From Macrostomum lignano (lineage: Eukaryota), in the NCBI GenBank assembly GCA_002269645.1, contig NIVC01000262.1, positions 378,887-427,181 on the forward strand: a DNA stretch of 48,295 nt. Direction: 5' to 3'. Of this stretch, positions 47,062 through 48,295 are shown piece after piece; the first letter of the stretch is position 1; every line of letters starts with the position of its first letter. The translations under genes and the position numbers were made by a program. The notes beneath the pieces were generated by a model that saw only the letters and a list, made by a program, of their open reading frames with translations, was not told the DNA's origin and ran no database searches.

Positions 47062-48295
47062 CTGCCGCTATACACTTTGTGCATTTAAATACACTGAATC
47101 TTCGGTATTGTCCAAAAAAAGTAAACGAATTCTAATAAGTAAAATAATACTAACTCGACTAATTGCTTTTGAGCTTTGAAGCTTTGAGACGGTTAAGAGA
47201 TGGTATGGCGTCATGCCATATCATGACGAAAATGCATTGGATTCGTCCAATTGCTTAGTTTATTAAATATAAACAAAAATATTCAGAAATTACTCGTTTA
47301 AGTCATTACTACTAAGAAATGTTCCCGATATCTTAATCACTGTTATCTCAAATATCTCAAATCTCAAATTAATGACAACAACTGACATATACTTAACTTA
47401 TTAAAACTTTACTATTCGTTGGCAGACGAAACGACTGTATCGTATTCTTGCAGACGAAAGGGTGGCAGACGAACTGGCGGCAGACGAAACGACCGTCAAC
47501 CGGGAACATTTGTGGCAGGCGGGATGTGTGGCAGTCGGGTTGCCACTTCGATTATAAAAATTCTGTGGTAGGCCGTGTGGCAGTCGGGTTGCCACTTCGA
47601 TTTTTTGTAATTACTTTAACAATTTTGCGTTCAATTTACTAAGTTTCTATGAATATAATTACGTGCCCTAACTCCCGGAAATTTTTGCGTATTGTTTTCC
47701 AATAGTTGTTTATCACTTTCCCGTATGTTGCCTTTGTCCCAATTTTTGTTCCTTCAATTTGTCCCACCTATGAATCCATGTTTCCCCACTCTTGTCTGTT
47801 ATTTTTTTTCTTTTAATTTCGGCGTAAAACTGCCTTTGCTCAACAGCTATGCCATTCTGTCTTTTGAATTGAGCTCTCAGGAATTACTAAAGTTTACGTT
47901 GGTTGGCTTCGGCCGAAGCCACATTGTACAAAAGTTCTGCTTCGTAGCCAGAAGTGAAAAACTGTCCTAATGTGTCAGTCGAGAATGCATGGAAGCATTT
48001 TTCGGTGCGTTGCTTCGCTGTACTAGTTACACCAAGTACAGGCTGTGTACAGAAGCTTTCTAGAGCTTCTGCTTTACCCGACCTAGAAGCTGCTCAGTCG
48101 TCTCTTGCTCTTCTGCACGCTGCCGCTGCAGATCAACTGGGTGATGGAATTCTTATTCCACCGGAACAGTTCATGTAAGGAAGACCGGATGCAACAATCA
48201 TGCGAACGTCGCCATTTTTATGAACTAGCCGAAGTGCACAAAGATGTAGAAAATAGGGCTCAGCGCTAGTTGCACATAGTGAAGAAGGCGAAATG

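Noticed and set aside
47954-48178. Exon-like frame ..ALPDLEAAQSSLALLH.. ending near GTAAG
   Set aside because: Too short to assign; it may continue beyond the window.

Overview
Eukaryotic (animal) genomic DNA with spliceosomal introns, GC-rich exons, AT-rich spacers and many minisatellites. The style resembles a free-living invertebrate such as a flatworm, but that is a weak inference. Host genes: the 3' five exons of BRCA2 (2505-6903, +, DNA-binding domain), a single-exon UIF/FYTTD1-like mRNA-export factor (11715-12569, -), a single-BIR IAP-like gene (about 13897-15241, -, one frameshift) and a frameshifted DZIP3-type HEPN + CARD gene (180-1225, -). The dominant feature is a young 13.2-kb Foldback-like Mutator (MULE) transposon (18852-32052) with an 8-bp TSD and 1.37-kb nearly identical TIRs that continue inward as minisatellite arrays. 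It carries a transposase ORF that splices in frame to a USP-family deubiquitinase, plus a convergent second ORF with an F-box-like segment. It is nested in an older non-autonomous TIR element (18777-36088). The last 12 kb holds a deleted Ty3/Gypsy element fused to a truncated EnSpm/CACTA-type element with a DUF4806-like second gene. All family calls come from motif recognition by eye; no searches were run.
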